From the sequence record PP763257.1: 64,000 bases of DNA. One strand, written 5' to 3'. Position 1 is the first letter of the stretch. The number at the start of each line of letters is the position of its first letter. The DNA comes from Acinetobacter phage Ab5. Shown in pieces: positions 1 through 9,875 of the stretch. Below the pieces are notes generated by a model, which made no database searches, was not told the origin of the DNA, and saw only the letters and a list, made by a program, of their open reading frames with translations. Made by a program: the position numbers and the translations under genes.

Positions 1-227
1 TAAATAAAGCAGAAATAGAGAAGATTGAAAAGACCTTCTCTATGCCTTTAGCTTGGATTTCCATTCTTGATAATGCAGAAACAGATTATGTATCTACATT
101 ACAAAAGCTCAAGTATGAATTAACCGTTGATGATGTTTACGATCTTTTAGAATATCTTGAGTACAAGAAGTGGAAAAATCACGAAGAAATGTTAGCACAG
201 CAAGAACAACATAATAATAAAAGGTAG
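1..227 (+). CDS. tail assembly chaperone-like protein, C-terminal part (5' end outside the window)
   Basis: Frame 3 is open from nt 3 and ends 6 nt before the tape-measure gene. Position and small size fit the gpG/GT chaperone slot upstream of the TMP. No diagnostic motif. Confidence 0.35.
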   Translation, partial: NKAEIEKIEKTFSMPLAWISILDNAETDYVSTLQKLKYELTVDDVYDLLEYLEYKKWKNHEEMLAQQEQHNNKR

Positions 228-232
228 ATAGA

Positions 233-2287
233 ATGCAGATAGCAAGTTTATTCGCATCATTAGGGTTTAAAGTAGACACTAAGGGGTTAGATGCATTCCA
301 ATCTAAGCTTCGTGAAGTTCGTGGTGATACAGCACTATTTGCGCGTAATGCTAGAGTTTTAGCTACTAACCTACGTAGTATGTCATCTGGTTTAGACGGT
401 GTTACTACTCGACTTGATAAACTTTCACTAAAAAGAGCAAATGCTAACATTTCTGAAAGTTATACTGAAGTTGCAAAATCTGTTGCTCGTGTACACAATG
501 CTTTAAATGGAATTTCAAATAATCAAAAACGAATTACCTTAAGTTTAGGGAAGATTCATTCATCAGTTAAAGCTGGTGAACCGATTTGGGACAAATACAA
601 ACAATCTGTTCTAGAAACTAAAGCTGCATTACTTCAAGTTAATGGTCAGATGCAACAACTGAGAAAGAATTCAAACATCGGTGTAAGAACTGGTAGCTCT
701 GGATTCTCTTCTTCTCGAACATCAGCCCCAAGACAACAAAGACCTTTTGGTGGAATGAATCTTGGTGGTAGTGAAGGTTTATTAGCTGGCGGTGGCTTCT
801 TTAGGGCTATGTTACCTGCTGTAGCAACTGCTGGTGGCTTACCAACATTAGGTTATGCGGTATCTAAGATTGTTGAGCAAGGACGAGAAGTTCAGAAGAT
901 GGACATCGTTCTTAAAATGGCATCATCTAGCGCTGAAGAGTTCGGTAGAAACTTAGAGTTTGTTAGAAAGACAGCACAAGAAGTTGGTGTTGATGTAACA
1001 GAGTTTGGTCAAGCATACGCTAAGATGCTTCAAGCAACCAAAGATGTTAAAGGTCTTGGTCTTGAAGATAAAGAGAAAATGTTTAGAGACTTATCAATTT
1101 ACATGCGTACAATTGGTAGTTCTGCTGATGATCAGCAAGGTATCTTCCGTGCATTAACACAAATGTTCACTAAAGGTAAAGTTCAAGCTGAAGAACTTTT
1201 ACAGATGGCAGAACGTGGTGTACCTGCTGCTATTGAGATTAAGAAAGCTGCTATTGAAGGTCTGAAAATGACTGAGAAGCAGTTTGAATTAGCTCAGAAG
1301 AAAGGCGAACTTGATCCAGCTAAGCTTCTTCCTATTATGTCTGCTAACTTAGCTAAATTAGCTCAAGATAGTGGAGCATACGAGAAAGCATTACAAACAT
1401 CTGCAACAGCACAACAGCGTTTTAAGAATGAGTTAAAACTTCTGTCTGATGAAATATTACAAGGTGGATTAGATCAAGGTCTTAAAAACTTATTTGAAAA
1501 CTTAACTGATTTAATAAAAGTCACCAAAGAAGGTATTCAATGGTTAAAAGGGTTTAAGAAAGGTTTAGATGAAGTTAGTGGTGGTAATTCAGGACTAATT
1601 CTTAGTATTGCTACACTTTCATTAGTAATATTAAGATTCAGAAAACCCATCATGATTCTCTGGCAATCTTTTAAACTTGTTAGAGCAATGGGTGGTGGAT
1701 TATCAACATTCTTTAGTGGAACATTTGTTAAGAGTATTCTTAGACTTGGTGGTAAGTTATTCTGGTTAGTTACAGCATTTGAAGCTGTTATAGCCATTGG
1801 TAACGCTTTAAATAAAGAAGCCGAAGGAACTCCAACATGGATTAGTTGGTGGATTCTCAACTTAGAGACACTTTATGTAAACGTTGTTTATTATATTGCT
1901 AAGATGCGATATGAGTGGGCTAAGTTCACTAATGATATGAGCAATAACGCCAAGTTATCTTTCTTTGGTGGTGAATTGGAATCTGATAGGATTTTAAATA
2001 AAGCTTATCAGAAAGGCAGTCAAGGAACTGCTGATCAAAGCAATGCGCCATCATTCAAGGACAGATTAGGTGCAGCTAATGAACTATACGGAATATGGTA
2101 CAAGAAACTCTTAGACGAAATAATTAGCGGACGTTTAGGTAGAATTAGTTATGAACCTTCTCAAATGAATGGTCAAGGAAGATTAGGTTACATTGAGATC
2201 ATGCAAGACGGTAAGAGTGTTGGAAGATTGGATTTAGATTCTGCTGGTAATAACCATGCCAAGATTACATCGGGGACATACTTTTGA
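233..2287 (+). CDS. tail tape measure protein
   Basis: 684 aa, Ala/Gly/Gln-rich and alpha-helical, with a central hydrophobic segment. The stretch GIFRALTQMFTKGKVQAEELLQMAERGVPAA resembles the TP901-type TMP core. It lies directly upstream of the baseplate genes. Confidence 0.85.
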   Translation: MQIASLFASLGFKVDTKGLDAFQSKLREVRGDTALFARNARVLATNLRSMSSGLDGVTTRLDKLSLKRANANISESYTEVAKSVARVHNALNGISNNQKRITLSLGKIHSSVKAGEPIWDKYKQSVLETKAALLQVNGQMQQLRKNSNIGVRTGSSGFSSSRTSAPRQQRPFGGMNLGGSEGLLAGGGFFRAMLPAVATAGGLPTLGYAVSKIVEQGREVQKMDIVLKMASSSAEEFGRNLEFVRKTAQEVGVDVTEFGQAYAKMLQATKDVKGLGLEDKEKMFRDLSIYMRTIGSSADDQQGIFRALTQMFTKGKVQAEELLQMAERGVPAAIEIKKAAIEGLKMTEKQFELAQKKGELDPAKLLPIMSANLAKLAQDSGAYEKALQTSATAQQRFKNELKLLSDEILQGGLDQGLKNLFENLTDLIKVTKEGIQWLKGFKKGLDEVSGGNSGLILSIATLSLVILRFRKPIMILWQSFKLVRAMGGGLSTFFSGTFVKSILRLGGKLFWLVTAFEAVIAIGNALNKEAEGTPTWISWWILNLETLYVNVVYYIAKMRYEWAKFTNDMSNNAKLSFFGGELESDRILNKAYQKGSQGTADQSNAPSFKDRLGAANELYGIWYKKLLDEIISGRLGRISYEPSQMNGQGRLGYIEIMQDGKSVGRLDLDSAGNNHAKITSGTYF

Positions 2288-3138
2288 TATACACATTAAT
2301 CATTAAAAACTCAGATGGACAAACCTCTTCGGTTATTTCATTTAGCTCTGTTCGATCTTTCTCTGAATCATTAGGTGCTACAACCACCGATAATGTTGTT
2401 GAATACGGATTCCCTGTTTCTGATCACATGTTAGTTAGTAATATTACATTTGACTTGGATGTGATTGTTACAGGTTTTTCAGTGTTTGATGAAAATCTAG
2501 AATTATTTTGGAATGGTTCTGATTTTACAACAAATTCACCAGATCAATTGACTACACAAAATGCACACTTATTAATGAGAAAACAATTAAAGGATTTGAT
2601 TCTTAATCGCATTGTTTTCTCATTACTTATCACAGAAGATAATTCTTTTGTTCAAGATATTAATACCAAAGAAGCACAATTACGTAAGAGTATTGTTGAT
2701 GAGTATGTAAACTGTGTTTGTACAAGTTTAACACTTTCTGAATCTGAAGCAACAAGTGGTGCAATCTTTGCTAAACTAAACATCAAACAGATTCGATCAG
2801 CATTAGTTAAAACAAGAGAACTAGAACAAGGTGAAAGAGTAAGACAAATTGATCGTATTGCTCCAACACCAACAGTATCTTCACAGAATTCTTCTGATGC
2901 GAGTAAAGGTGTTGATTCAGATGGTAATGCTGACTTGTCTAAAGGAACTAAAGACATCTTAGATGGTCAAAATCAAGGTAAATTACCTAAGTCTGGTGAA
3001 ACAGGTTTGACACAAGCAGAGATTAACCGAAGACAAGTCGAGTCGAATACTATTGCAACAGAGCATGTAAAAAATCAACAAAGGATGGCTGAAGCAAAAG
3101 CGTTAGACGCTAAGAGAGAACGTGGAGATTTTAGATGA
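2284..3138 (+). CDS. tail protein immediately after the TMP (distal-tail / DNA-circularisation-protein slot)
   Basis: 284 aa. ATGA overlap with the TMP stop. Assignment is by position only. Confidence 0.4.
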   Translation: MIYTLIIKNSDGQTSSVISFSSVRSFSESLGATTTDNVVEYGFPVSDHMLVSNITFDLDVIVTGFSVFDENLELFWNGSDFTTNSPDQLTTQNAHLLMRKQLKDLILNRIVFSLLITEDNSFVQDINTKEAQLRKSIVDEYVNCVCTSLTLSESEATSGAIFAKLNIKQIRSALVKTRELEQGERVRQIDRIAPTPTVSSQNSSDASKGVDSDGNADLSKGTKDILDGQNQGKLPKSGETGLTQAEINRRQVESNTIATEHVKNQQRMAEAKALDAKRERGDFR

Positions 3139-3527
3139 TTACAGATACTACAGACATTTGGTACATCATTAAACTCTCCTTATTTAATAACACTAATTAC
3201 TATAATGATATCATAATTGATGGTATCTCTTGTCGATTTACTTTTGAATACAACGAAAGATTAGGGACGAGATATCTTTCTATTGTTACTGCTTCTGGAA
3301 CTGTACTTTTAAGTAAAACACCTTTATTTGAAGATAACGAAATCTATTTAGATAACAATGCTGATCTTATTGGTATTCACGATTGTTTCCTTAAATTAGT
3401 TAAACTTGATCAAACGATTGAGGATGACTTATTAAATTGGCAAGACAATTACATTATTTTTATTAAAGGTGTTTATGATGACATCTACAATGACTATATG
3501 AATTTTACTAAATCATTAGTCGTTTAA
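3135..3527 (+). CDS. hypothetical tail/baseplate protein
   Basis: 130 aa ORF translationally coupled (ATGA) to the upstream gene within the tail module. Confidence 0.4.
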   Translation: MITDTTDIWYIIKLSLFNNTNYYNDIIIDGISCRFTFEYNERLGTRYLSIVTASGTVLLSKTPLFEDNEIYLDNNADLIGIHDCFLKLVKLDQTIEDDLLNWQDNYIIFIKGVYDDIYNDYMNFTKSLVV

Positions 3528-3536
3528 GGAGGGAAT

Positions 3537-4850
3537 GTGGCAGACATTAAGGGCTTTCAAATCGGAAGATTACTTGAAGTCAATATTTATAATTATAATA
3601 GTAATGAGGTTGTCACATTCTCAGGTTTCGATATTGAGTGTGAATTCTATAAAACAGATGATGCTGTAAATGAAGCTTCGATTGGTAAAGTTGCAATTTA
3701 TAACATGACAGATGAAACATTCAATAAAATTAACATCACAGGATGTGAGTTAGAAGTTAAATTCGGTTATGAAGCTACAGAAGCTAAAGCTCAAAGATTA
3801 TTCTTAGCTTTTGTAACTGCTGTTGATAGACACATTGATGGTAGTAATGTTATCACCGTATTTCAAGTATCTCTTAATTTTAAAGAGTATAACTTCACAC
3901 CAATTACAGTTTCAAAAAAAGAAAAAACTATAGGCTCAATTATCACACAAGTTGGTGAATTCTACGATGCTGTTTTTAAGATTGATTTAGGAAATATTCC
4001 CAAAGACCAACAAAGCAAGGTTACAGAATATATTACAACTGGTTTAATTCCAAAGTTCACATTCAATGGAACACTAGACGAATTCTTAAAAAGAATTAAT
4101 AATGATTTTGGTTTAACAAATCATAATATAAGTGAAGATATTAAAGGAAGTAAAAACAAATTAGTTAAAGAATTAATTTTTACATTCAGAGATAATTACG
4201 TTCCTATTATTATCAATAAAGTTAACAAACCTTTTGCAAAGATAAAAGAACAACAAGAATTAGATATCTTGTTCCAAAGAGATACTTCGGATGTTGTTAC
4301 AATATTGAATCACGATACAGGGTTATTAGGAACACCACAAGTTGAATATAAAATTCAGCGTGTTTCTGAATATTGGAATTTTGCTGAAACTGATCAACAG
4401 ACATTTGAATCTCAGGTAAGACAACAAGACAGGAATATTCGAGAAGCACAAGCTTCATTGAAACGTGCTGAACGAGAAGCTAAAGCGAAAGAAAAAGGCA
4501 AAACATTAAAGCCTAGAAAACCTAGAAAAGCTGGAACAATTTCTGTAAGAAGAAAATACTTAAAAGCTAGGGCTTTACCAAATCCAGCAGTAAGACCTTT
4601 AAGTATCATTGAAATACAATCTAAAATTAAAGAAAATAGTGGATTGTATCGTGTACGAGGTGTTCATTTTAGTATTAACAACTTTAAGCAAGAAGTTTAT
4701 ATGGAAATGACATTAGAGAGCGTTGATACAGAAGATAAAGTTGTCTATGTTGATCCAACAACAGAAGGTGATTTCGAAATGAATGGTAGTTTAGGTTATG
4801 ACATCTCTGTTGGTAGTGAAAGTGATATCGAAACAGGAGGTATCGAATAA
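3537..4850 (+). CDS. putative baseplate hub protein
   Basis: GTG start 7 nt after a strong AAGGAGGG RBS. 437 aa with a basic coiled-coil segment. Sits in the position of Mu gp44 / P2 gpD, ahead of the spike, W and J homologues. Confidence 0.4.
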   Translation: MADIKGFQIGRLLEVNIYNYNSNEVVTFSGFDIECEFYKTDDAVNEASIGKVAIYNMTDETFNKINITGCELEVKFGYEATEAKAQRLFLAFVTAVDRHIDGSNVITVFQVSLNFKEYNFTPITVSKKEKTIGSIITQVGEFYDAVFKIDLGNIPKDQQSKVTEYITTGLIPKFTFNGTLDEFLKRINNDFGLTNHNISEDIKGSKNKLVKELIFTFRDNYVPIIINKVNKPFAKIKEQQELDILFQRDTSDVVTILNHDTGLLGTPQVEYKIQRVSEYWNFAETDQQTFESQVRQQDRNIREAQASLKRAEREAKAKEKGKTLKPRKPRKAGTISVRRKYLKARALPNPAVRPLSIIEIQSKIKENSGLYRVRGVHFSINNFKQEVYMEMTLESVDTEDKVVYVDPTTEGDFEMNGSLGYDISVGSESDIETGGIE

Positions 4851-5572
4851 TGAGAGATTTAGCTCCTATTATTAAAAACATTTCAATGAATGAAATGAAG
4901 TCTCTTAATTTTTGTATGCCTGCCGTAGTGATTGGAATTGAGAGATTAAAAGATGGGTTGATTGATGTAGCTCCTGTAATTGACAAGTTTACATCAACAC
5001 TGGGATATACTGAGTATGAACCAATACATGATGTCCCAATCATCACTCCTAATACGTCTACAACGTCCATACAGGTCCCTATCAATCAAGGTGATGGTGT
5101 ACTACTACTTTTCACTCAAAGTGACCATAGTGAGTTTATACAGGGCTTAAAAGATGCACATGAACCTAACACAAACTCATTTCTTTCTTTAGACAATGCA
5201 GTTGCTTTAGTTGGATTTAATCCATACCAAGAATCTGTTTACAACAACAACAATTATAAAAACGAATTAGACAACACAGCTTTAAATATTGTTCACAATA
5301 AAAATACAGAAAATGAAGTTATGATGTCATTCAAATCTGATGGAACAATGAGTCTCGTTTGCAATAAAGTTAATGTGTCGTGTAAGCAAGCTGATGTAAA
5401 AGCAGAGACAGTGAGTGTTGATTCAAGTCTTATTGATGCAAAAAACTCATTAATTAAAACTGATAATGATGTATCTATTAAAGGTAAATCTGTTTACACA
5501 TTTATGACAACACATACACACGGTGGTGTTATGAGTGGTGGAAGTAATACAGCACCTCCAAATCCACTATAA
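4850..5572 (+). CDS. putative baseplate spike (gpV-like)
   Basis: 240 aa, overlaps the upstream stop, immediately precedes the gp25/W-like gene. Positional call. Confidence 0.4.
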   Translation: MRDLAPIIKNISMNEMKSLNFCMPAVVIGIERLKDGLIDVAPVIDKFTSTLGYTEYEPIHDVPIITPNTSTTSIQVPINQGDGVLLLFTQSDHSEFIQGLKDAHEPNTNSFLSLDNAVALVGFNPYQESVYNNNNYKNELDNTALNIVHNKNTENEVMMSFKSDGTMSLVCNKVNVSCKQADVKAETVSVDSSLIDAKNSLIKTDNDVSIKGKSVYTFMTTHTHGGVMSGGSNTAPPNPL

Positions 5573-5584
5573 CAAGGAAATAAT

Positions 5585-6001
5585 ATGGACTTCTTCTTAG
5601 ATCAAAACACAAAAGACCTTGTTTTAGTAGATGGTGATTTTAAGATTATTACAACACAACAAGAACAACTAATGCAACGATTATTTATTAGATTAAAAAC
5701 GTTTGCGAGAGATTTATTCTGGAACCCTTCTTACGGTATTGATTACTTAAACAAGGTTTATGGCTTAAATAGAAATAAAAATACAGTTGATGCTTTACTG
5801 TTAAGTGAAATTCAAAAAGAAGAAATGGTTGAGTCGGTGACTTATTTTGAATCTGAAATACAGAATTATAAATACGGATGTAAGTTTTCAGTTAGATTAC
5901 TCTCTGTTGATATTCCAATAATTTTCTACACTTTGGTTACTGAAAACGGATTAACACTCACAGATGAGAACGGAAATATTCTCACTGCTCAATTAGCTTA
6001 G
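5585..6001 (+). CDS. baseplate wedge protein, GpW/gp25-like
   Basis: 138 aa. The segment RLFIRLKTFARDLFWNPSYGIDYL matches the GpW/gp25 signature (L.T..GE....P.FG). Confidence 0.55.
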   Translation: MDFFLDQNTKDLVLVDGDFKIITTQQEQLMQRLFIRLKTFARDLFWNPSYGIDYLNKVYGLNRNKNTVDALLLSEIQKEEMVESVTYFESEIQNYKYGCKFSVRLLSVDIPIIFYTLVTENGLTLTDENGNILTAQLA

Positions 6002-6009
6002 GAGAAATA

Positions 6010-7464
6010 ATGACTATATCGTTTAGTGAGACAGGGATTGTTGTCGACACACAAGAACAAATTAGAGACCAAATGGCAGCTAATGCTAAGGTTAACTTAG
6101 CTCCATTCTTAGGACAAACAGAATTAAAAACAGATGATTCTAGCGTTATTGGCAGGCACTTAGCAACTGTAGCAAGACCAGCAGCACAGAACGCTGAATT
6201 ACTGCAACCAATCTTAGATCAATTTGATCTTAATAAAGCACAAGGTGTGCAATTAGATAACATTCTCTGGAGAATTCACCGCATAAAACGAAAAGGATTG
6301 TCCCAAGCCGAAGGATTGCTCATGTTGTTTGGTGATGTCGGCACAGTTGTTTCAGAAGGTAGTGAGGTATCTAATAGTAAAACAGGTGATGTTTATTCTA
6401 TAAACAATGATGTCACTTTTAATGAAAACGACTGTAATGGTATTGAGATTGTTATATCTTCTGTAGGTGGAACATATACAATAAATTATTCTGTTAATGG
6501 TTTCTTATCAGAATCACCAAGTGTTGTCGTAACTACAGGTGTTAATGATACTACAATCCAACATATTGCAGATCGTATTGTAGATGCTGTTAATTCACAA
6601 ACTTCATATTTAACAGCTTCTAGAAATAATGATAACAGTGTAAAAATTATTATTACAGATCAAAACAATACTGGTGATTTTTCAGTAACAGGAAGTATCT
6701 CAATCGTAAGAGCTTACAAACCTGTTTATGCAACATCACAAACATATCAAGCTGCTGAAAGTAACGCTGGTGACGTTTCTGTTGTACGAACTACTGTATT
6801 AGGTTGGAGAGGTGTTACCAATCCTTTTGTTATTGCAGCATCACAAGGTGTTGAGGAAGACCCTGATTATCGTTACAGAGGTAATCTAATTAAAGGTAAT
6901 ACCAACACATCTTCTCGTAATTCTCTACTTGCAAGAATTGAAGCTGTTCGTGGGGTAAGTTTTTTAAGTATTCAAGCTAACAACACTCCAAATCCAACAG
7001 GGTCAGGAATTATAAATAATGGATTAGCAATCACTGTTCAAGGTGGTAATGAAGACGATATTGCAATTGCAATTGCTGATGCTATCGCAGATGGTATTGA
7101 AACATCTGGAACGATTACAAAAATCACTAAAGATAAAAACGGTGGTGATAAGATTGTTAGATTCTCAAGACCACAGACTGTTCCGTTGAAGATTTCAATG
7201 TCTATTACTATTGCTCCAAACTTCCCTACAAATGGTAAGAATTTAATTAAACAAGCTATTGTGGATTGGTTCAATGAATTGAATGTTGGTGATGATATTT
7301 ACTATTCTCGTCTATATGAACCAATTAACTCAATTTCTGGATTTAGTGTTCGTAATTTAAAGATTGGTAAATTAGACGGTAGTTATGTGACAGATGATAT
7401 TGTTCTTGGACACAATGAAGTAGCAACAATTAGTGCTGAAAATATATTCATTGGTGGTAGTTAA
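6010..7464 (+). CDS. baseplate J-like protein
   Basis: 484 aa. The N-terminal region (AQGVQLDNILWRIHRIKRKGLSQAEGLLMLFGDVGTVVSEGSEV) resembles the baseplate J family. Follows the W-like gene as in P2/Mu. Confidence 0.55.
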   Translation: MTISFSETGIVVDTQEQIRDQMAANAKVNLAPFLGQTELKTDDSSVIGRHLATVARPAAQNAELLQPILDQFDLNKAQGVQLDNILWRIHRIKRKGLSQAEGLLMLFGDVGTVVSEGSEVSNSKTGDVYSINNDVTFNENDCNGIEIVISSVGGTYTINYSVNGFLSESPSVVVTTGVNDTTIQHIADRIVDAVNSQTSYLTASRNNDNSVKIIITDQNNTGDFSVTGSISIVRAYKPVYATSQTYQAAESNAGDVSVVRTTVLGWRGVTNPFVIAASQGVEEDPDYRYRGNLIKGNTNTSSRNSLLARIEAVRGVSFLSIQANNTPNPTGSGIINNGLAITVQGGNEDDIAIAIADAIADGIETSGTITKITKDKNGGDKIVRFSRPQTVPLKISMSITIAPNFPTNGKNLIKQAIVDWFNELNVGDDIYYSRLYEPINSISGFSVRNLKIGKLDGSYVTDDIVLGHNEVATISAENIFIGGS

Positions 7465-7474
7465 GGATTAGATC

Positions 7475-8098
7475 ATGACTATATTAAACAAAGATTATGT
7501 TAGTGAAGCAAGAGAAGGTAGCTCTTCTCTTCTTAATCAGAGTCCGATATATCAAGCATTCTTATCTGCAATTATTGAATATTATGATGAACAGGAAAAG
7601 GATTTAATTTGGTTGTCTGAGAATCTTTTAAATGAAGATGTTGCAGAAAAATGGCATTTAGATTTTATTGGAATGATTGTTGGACAGCCAAGATTACTAG
7701 TTTCATTTAATACAGAACCTTACTTCGGATTCGAAGGAAGCTATCAATCAGAGACTTTCTCAACAGCATCTAATCCTGAGCTTGGTGGTTATTGGAATGG
7801 TATGGATAACTTTAACACATCATCTGCTAGAAGATTGAATGATGAAGAATATAGAAGAGTAATTAAAGCAAGAGTTATTTTCAATAATAGTTTTTGTACA
7901 AGAAATGACTTGTTAAATGTAATTAATTTATTAACAGGTAATACATCTGCATCAATTACACAACCTAGTCATGGTTTATTAAAGATCAGAGCTATAGACA
8001 CACAAGGATTGTTATCTTATTTCATGTCAAGAATAGATTTAGATGACAATATCCTACCTATTGCTCTAGGCGTTAGAGCAGAACAAGTGGAGGTATAA
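7475..8098 (+). CDS. baseplate/tail protein (gpI-like position)
   Basis: 207 aa after the J-like gene. Positional call. Confidence 0.4.
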   Translation: MTILNKDYVSEAREGSSSLLNQSPIYQAFLSAIIEYYDEQEKDLIWLSENLLNEDVAEKWHLDFIGMIVGQPRLLVSFNTEPYFGFEGSYQSETFSTASNPELGGYWNGMDNFNTSSARRLNDEEYRRVIKARVIFNNSFCTRNDLLNVINLLTGNTSASITQPSHGLLKIRAIDTQGLLSYFMSRIDLDDNILPIALGVRAEQVEV

Positions 8099-8099
8099 A

Positions 8100-9146
8100 A
8101 TGTCTGTAGTTAGCAGACCAGATTATTCAGTTGGTGTATGGGCATCAAATGGTGATATTGCAGCACCAACATCTGAAAAAATTGAGATTGGACACATTGT
8201 AGAAAAACCTCTCAAAGAGGTGATGAATTGGATTCAAAACAGACAAGATCGCGGTATTGTCTATTTAATGCAACAAGGTATCTCAGAATGGGTTTCGACA
8301 GAAACTTATCCTTTGAATGCGTATGTTAAAAGAAGTGGCGTTATCTATAAAGCCTCTACGCAAAACGAAGATCGTGACCCTTTATCAAATCCTGATATTT
8401 GGAAATTAGCATTTGATACATATGGTAGTGCAGCAGCAGTTCAGCTTGAAGTAGATAAGATTAAAAGTGAAGAAGGATATCTTGATTTATATGTAAGTAA
8501 AAACAATCCTGTTTTAAACTCAAGAGCAGAAGGCGTTTCTTATGTTGCAGCAGAAGGTCTTCCAACTCTTACAAGTGATGAATATGGATATACTTTTAAA
8601 AATCATCTATTAAGTGGGCTATTTATCGCTGGTAATGATCCTGTTATATTAAAAGATGGTGCAGAAGTTGCTAGGTTCTCTACCCCAACAGACCCTAATG
8701 AATCTTCTAAGAAAGTTGTCACTATGGACGTTTTGTTAGAATTTATCCAAACATATAAAGTTGGTGATATTTATATTACCACTCAGAATGAAAATCCATC
8801 TATCAGACTTGGTTACGGTGTTTGGGAAAGGTATGCTGAAGGAAAAGCTTTAGTTGGTTTCAGTTCATCCACTTCAAATCAAATTCCTGAATGGGTTAAA
8901 ACAGGAGGTGGTGAATATGGTGAATACTCAACAGTACTAGAACCAAATCATTTACCTAAAAAAACAAACTATACTTATCAAAGATTCACCAACCAAACTT
9001 CTGGTGACATTGTAGTTGGTGGTATAGACCCAAATGGTAATGCGAAATACAATAATATCGAACCTATTTTTGGAACAGTCGGTGATCAACCTCACAACAA
9101 TGTTCAACCATCAATTACCGTTTATGTTTGGCGAAGAATTAGTTAA
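8100..9146 (+). CDS. tail/baseplate structural protein
   Basis: 348 aa ORF starting 2 nt after the upstream stop in the tail module. Confidence 0.4.
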   Translation: MSVVSRPDYSVGVWASNGDIAAPTSEKIEIGHIVEKPLKEVMNWIQNRQDRGIVYLMQQGISEWVSTETYPLNAYVKRSGVIYKASTQNEDRDPLSNPDIWKLAFDTYGSAAAVQLEVDKIKSEEGYLDLYVSKNNPVLNSRAEGVSYVAAEGLPTLTSDEYGYTFKNHLLSGLFIAGNDPVILKDGAEVARFSTPTDPNESSKKVVTMDVLLEFIQTYKVGDIYITTQNENPSIRLGYGVWERYAEGKALVGFSSSTSNQIPEWVKTGGGEYGEYSTVLEPNHLPKKTNYTYQRFTNQTSGDIVVGGIDPNGNAKYNNIEPIFGTVGDQPHNNVQPSITVYVWRRIS

Positions 9147-9168
9147 TAGTTAATCAAGGGGAAGATAA

Positions 9169-9567
9169 GTGGAAGGCACAAGCACCACATCTATTATAGG
9201 TCTACTAAAGTTTTTATACCCTTCCTTAATTGGAAGTGCTTTAGCAGTATGGTATAAAAGAAATGATGTAAAATGGAAGGATAAAACTTTAGGTGAGAAA
9301 TTATTTTATAGCTTAGTAGGTATTGGTGCAATTGTTGTTGGTGTTTCCATTGGTCTAGCATTAGGTAATGCACTTATTATTTACTTTGGACTTGTTGAAT
9401 ATTGGTATTGTTTTGGTGTTTACATGTTCTCAAGTCTATCATCACTAAAACTATTAGATGCTGTTGTAAAAAATAGTGATGAAATATTATCAACTGTTTT
9501 TTCTGGTGTCAAGGACGTTGTAAAAACATTCTTTGATACCTTGACATCTAGGTGGAAAAATAAATGA
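9169..9567 (+). CDS. holin/antiholin-like membrane protein
   Basis: GTG start after an AAGGGGAAG RBS. 132 aa with about three predicted TM helices (LIGSALAVWY; LVGIGAIVVGVSIGLALGNALIIYFGL). Sits immediately upstream of the second holin-like gene and the lysin. Confidence 0.45.
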   Translation: MEGTSTTSIIGLLKFLYPSLIGSALAVWYKRNDVKWKDKTLGEKLFYSLVGIGAIVVGVSIGLALGNALIIYFGLVEYWYCFGVYMFSSLSSLKLLDAVVKNSDEILSTVFSGVKDVVKTFFDTLTSRWKNK

Positions 9568-9875
9568 TTATTTATATCGCTCTAATACAACTACTCCTTT
9601 TAATTAATACAATTATTATTTTCATATGTGAACATAGCCCACTTTGGGCTAACACATGGAAAAGTGTACTCATTCGATTCATTGTAGCAATTATCCTTTT
9701 AGTAATTGGTAACTATGTTCCATTACTTGCCTTGTTACCTTATTGGATTACATTTGCTGCTTTCTTCTTATCAATTGTGACCACTGCAATGCTTATCAAA
9801 TATGTAATGGTTGAATACTTTGAACGTGTAAGAAGAGTTTCAAGATTAAGGAGAAGAAAAAGAAATGAAGATTAA
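9564..9875 (+). CDS. holin-like membrane protein
   Basis: 103 aa with three hydrophobic helices and a highly charged C-terminus (RVRRVSRLRRRKRNED). Overlaps neighbours on both sides (ATGA). Confidence 0.5.
   Translation: MIIYIALIQLLLLINTIIIFICEHSPLWANTWKSVLIRFIVAIILLVIGNYVPLLALLPYWITFAAFFLSIVTTAMLIKYVMVEYFERVRRVSRLRRRKRNED

Noticed and set aside
109-450. 113-aa ORF on the - strand overlapping the chaperone/TMP genes
   Set aside because: It is antisense to two well-supported + strand genes, has no RBS, and has a low-complexity translation. It is a typical shadow ORF.
1537-1860. 107-aa - strand ORF inside the tape-measure gene
   Set aside because: Entirely antisense within the TMP coding sequence; a shadow ORF.
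2652-2957. 101-aa - strand ORF inside the 2284-3138 gene
   Set aside because: Antisense shadow ORF.
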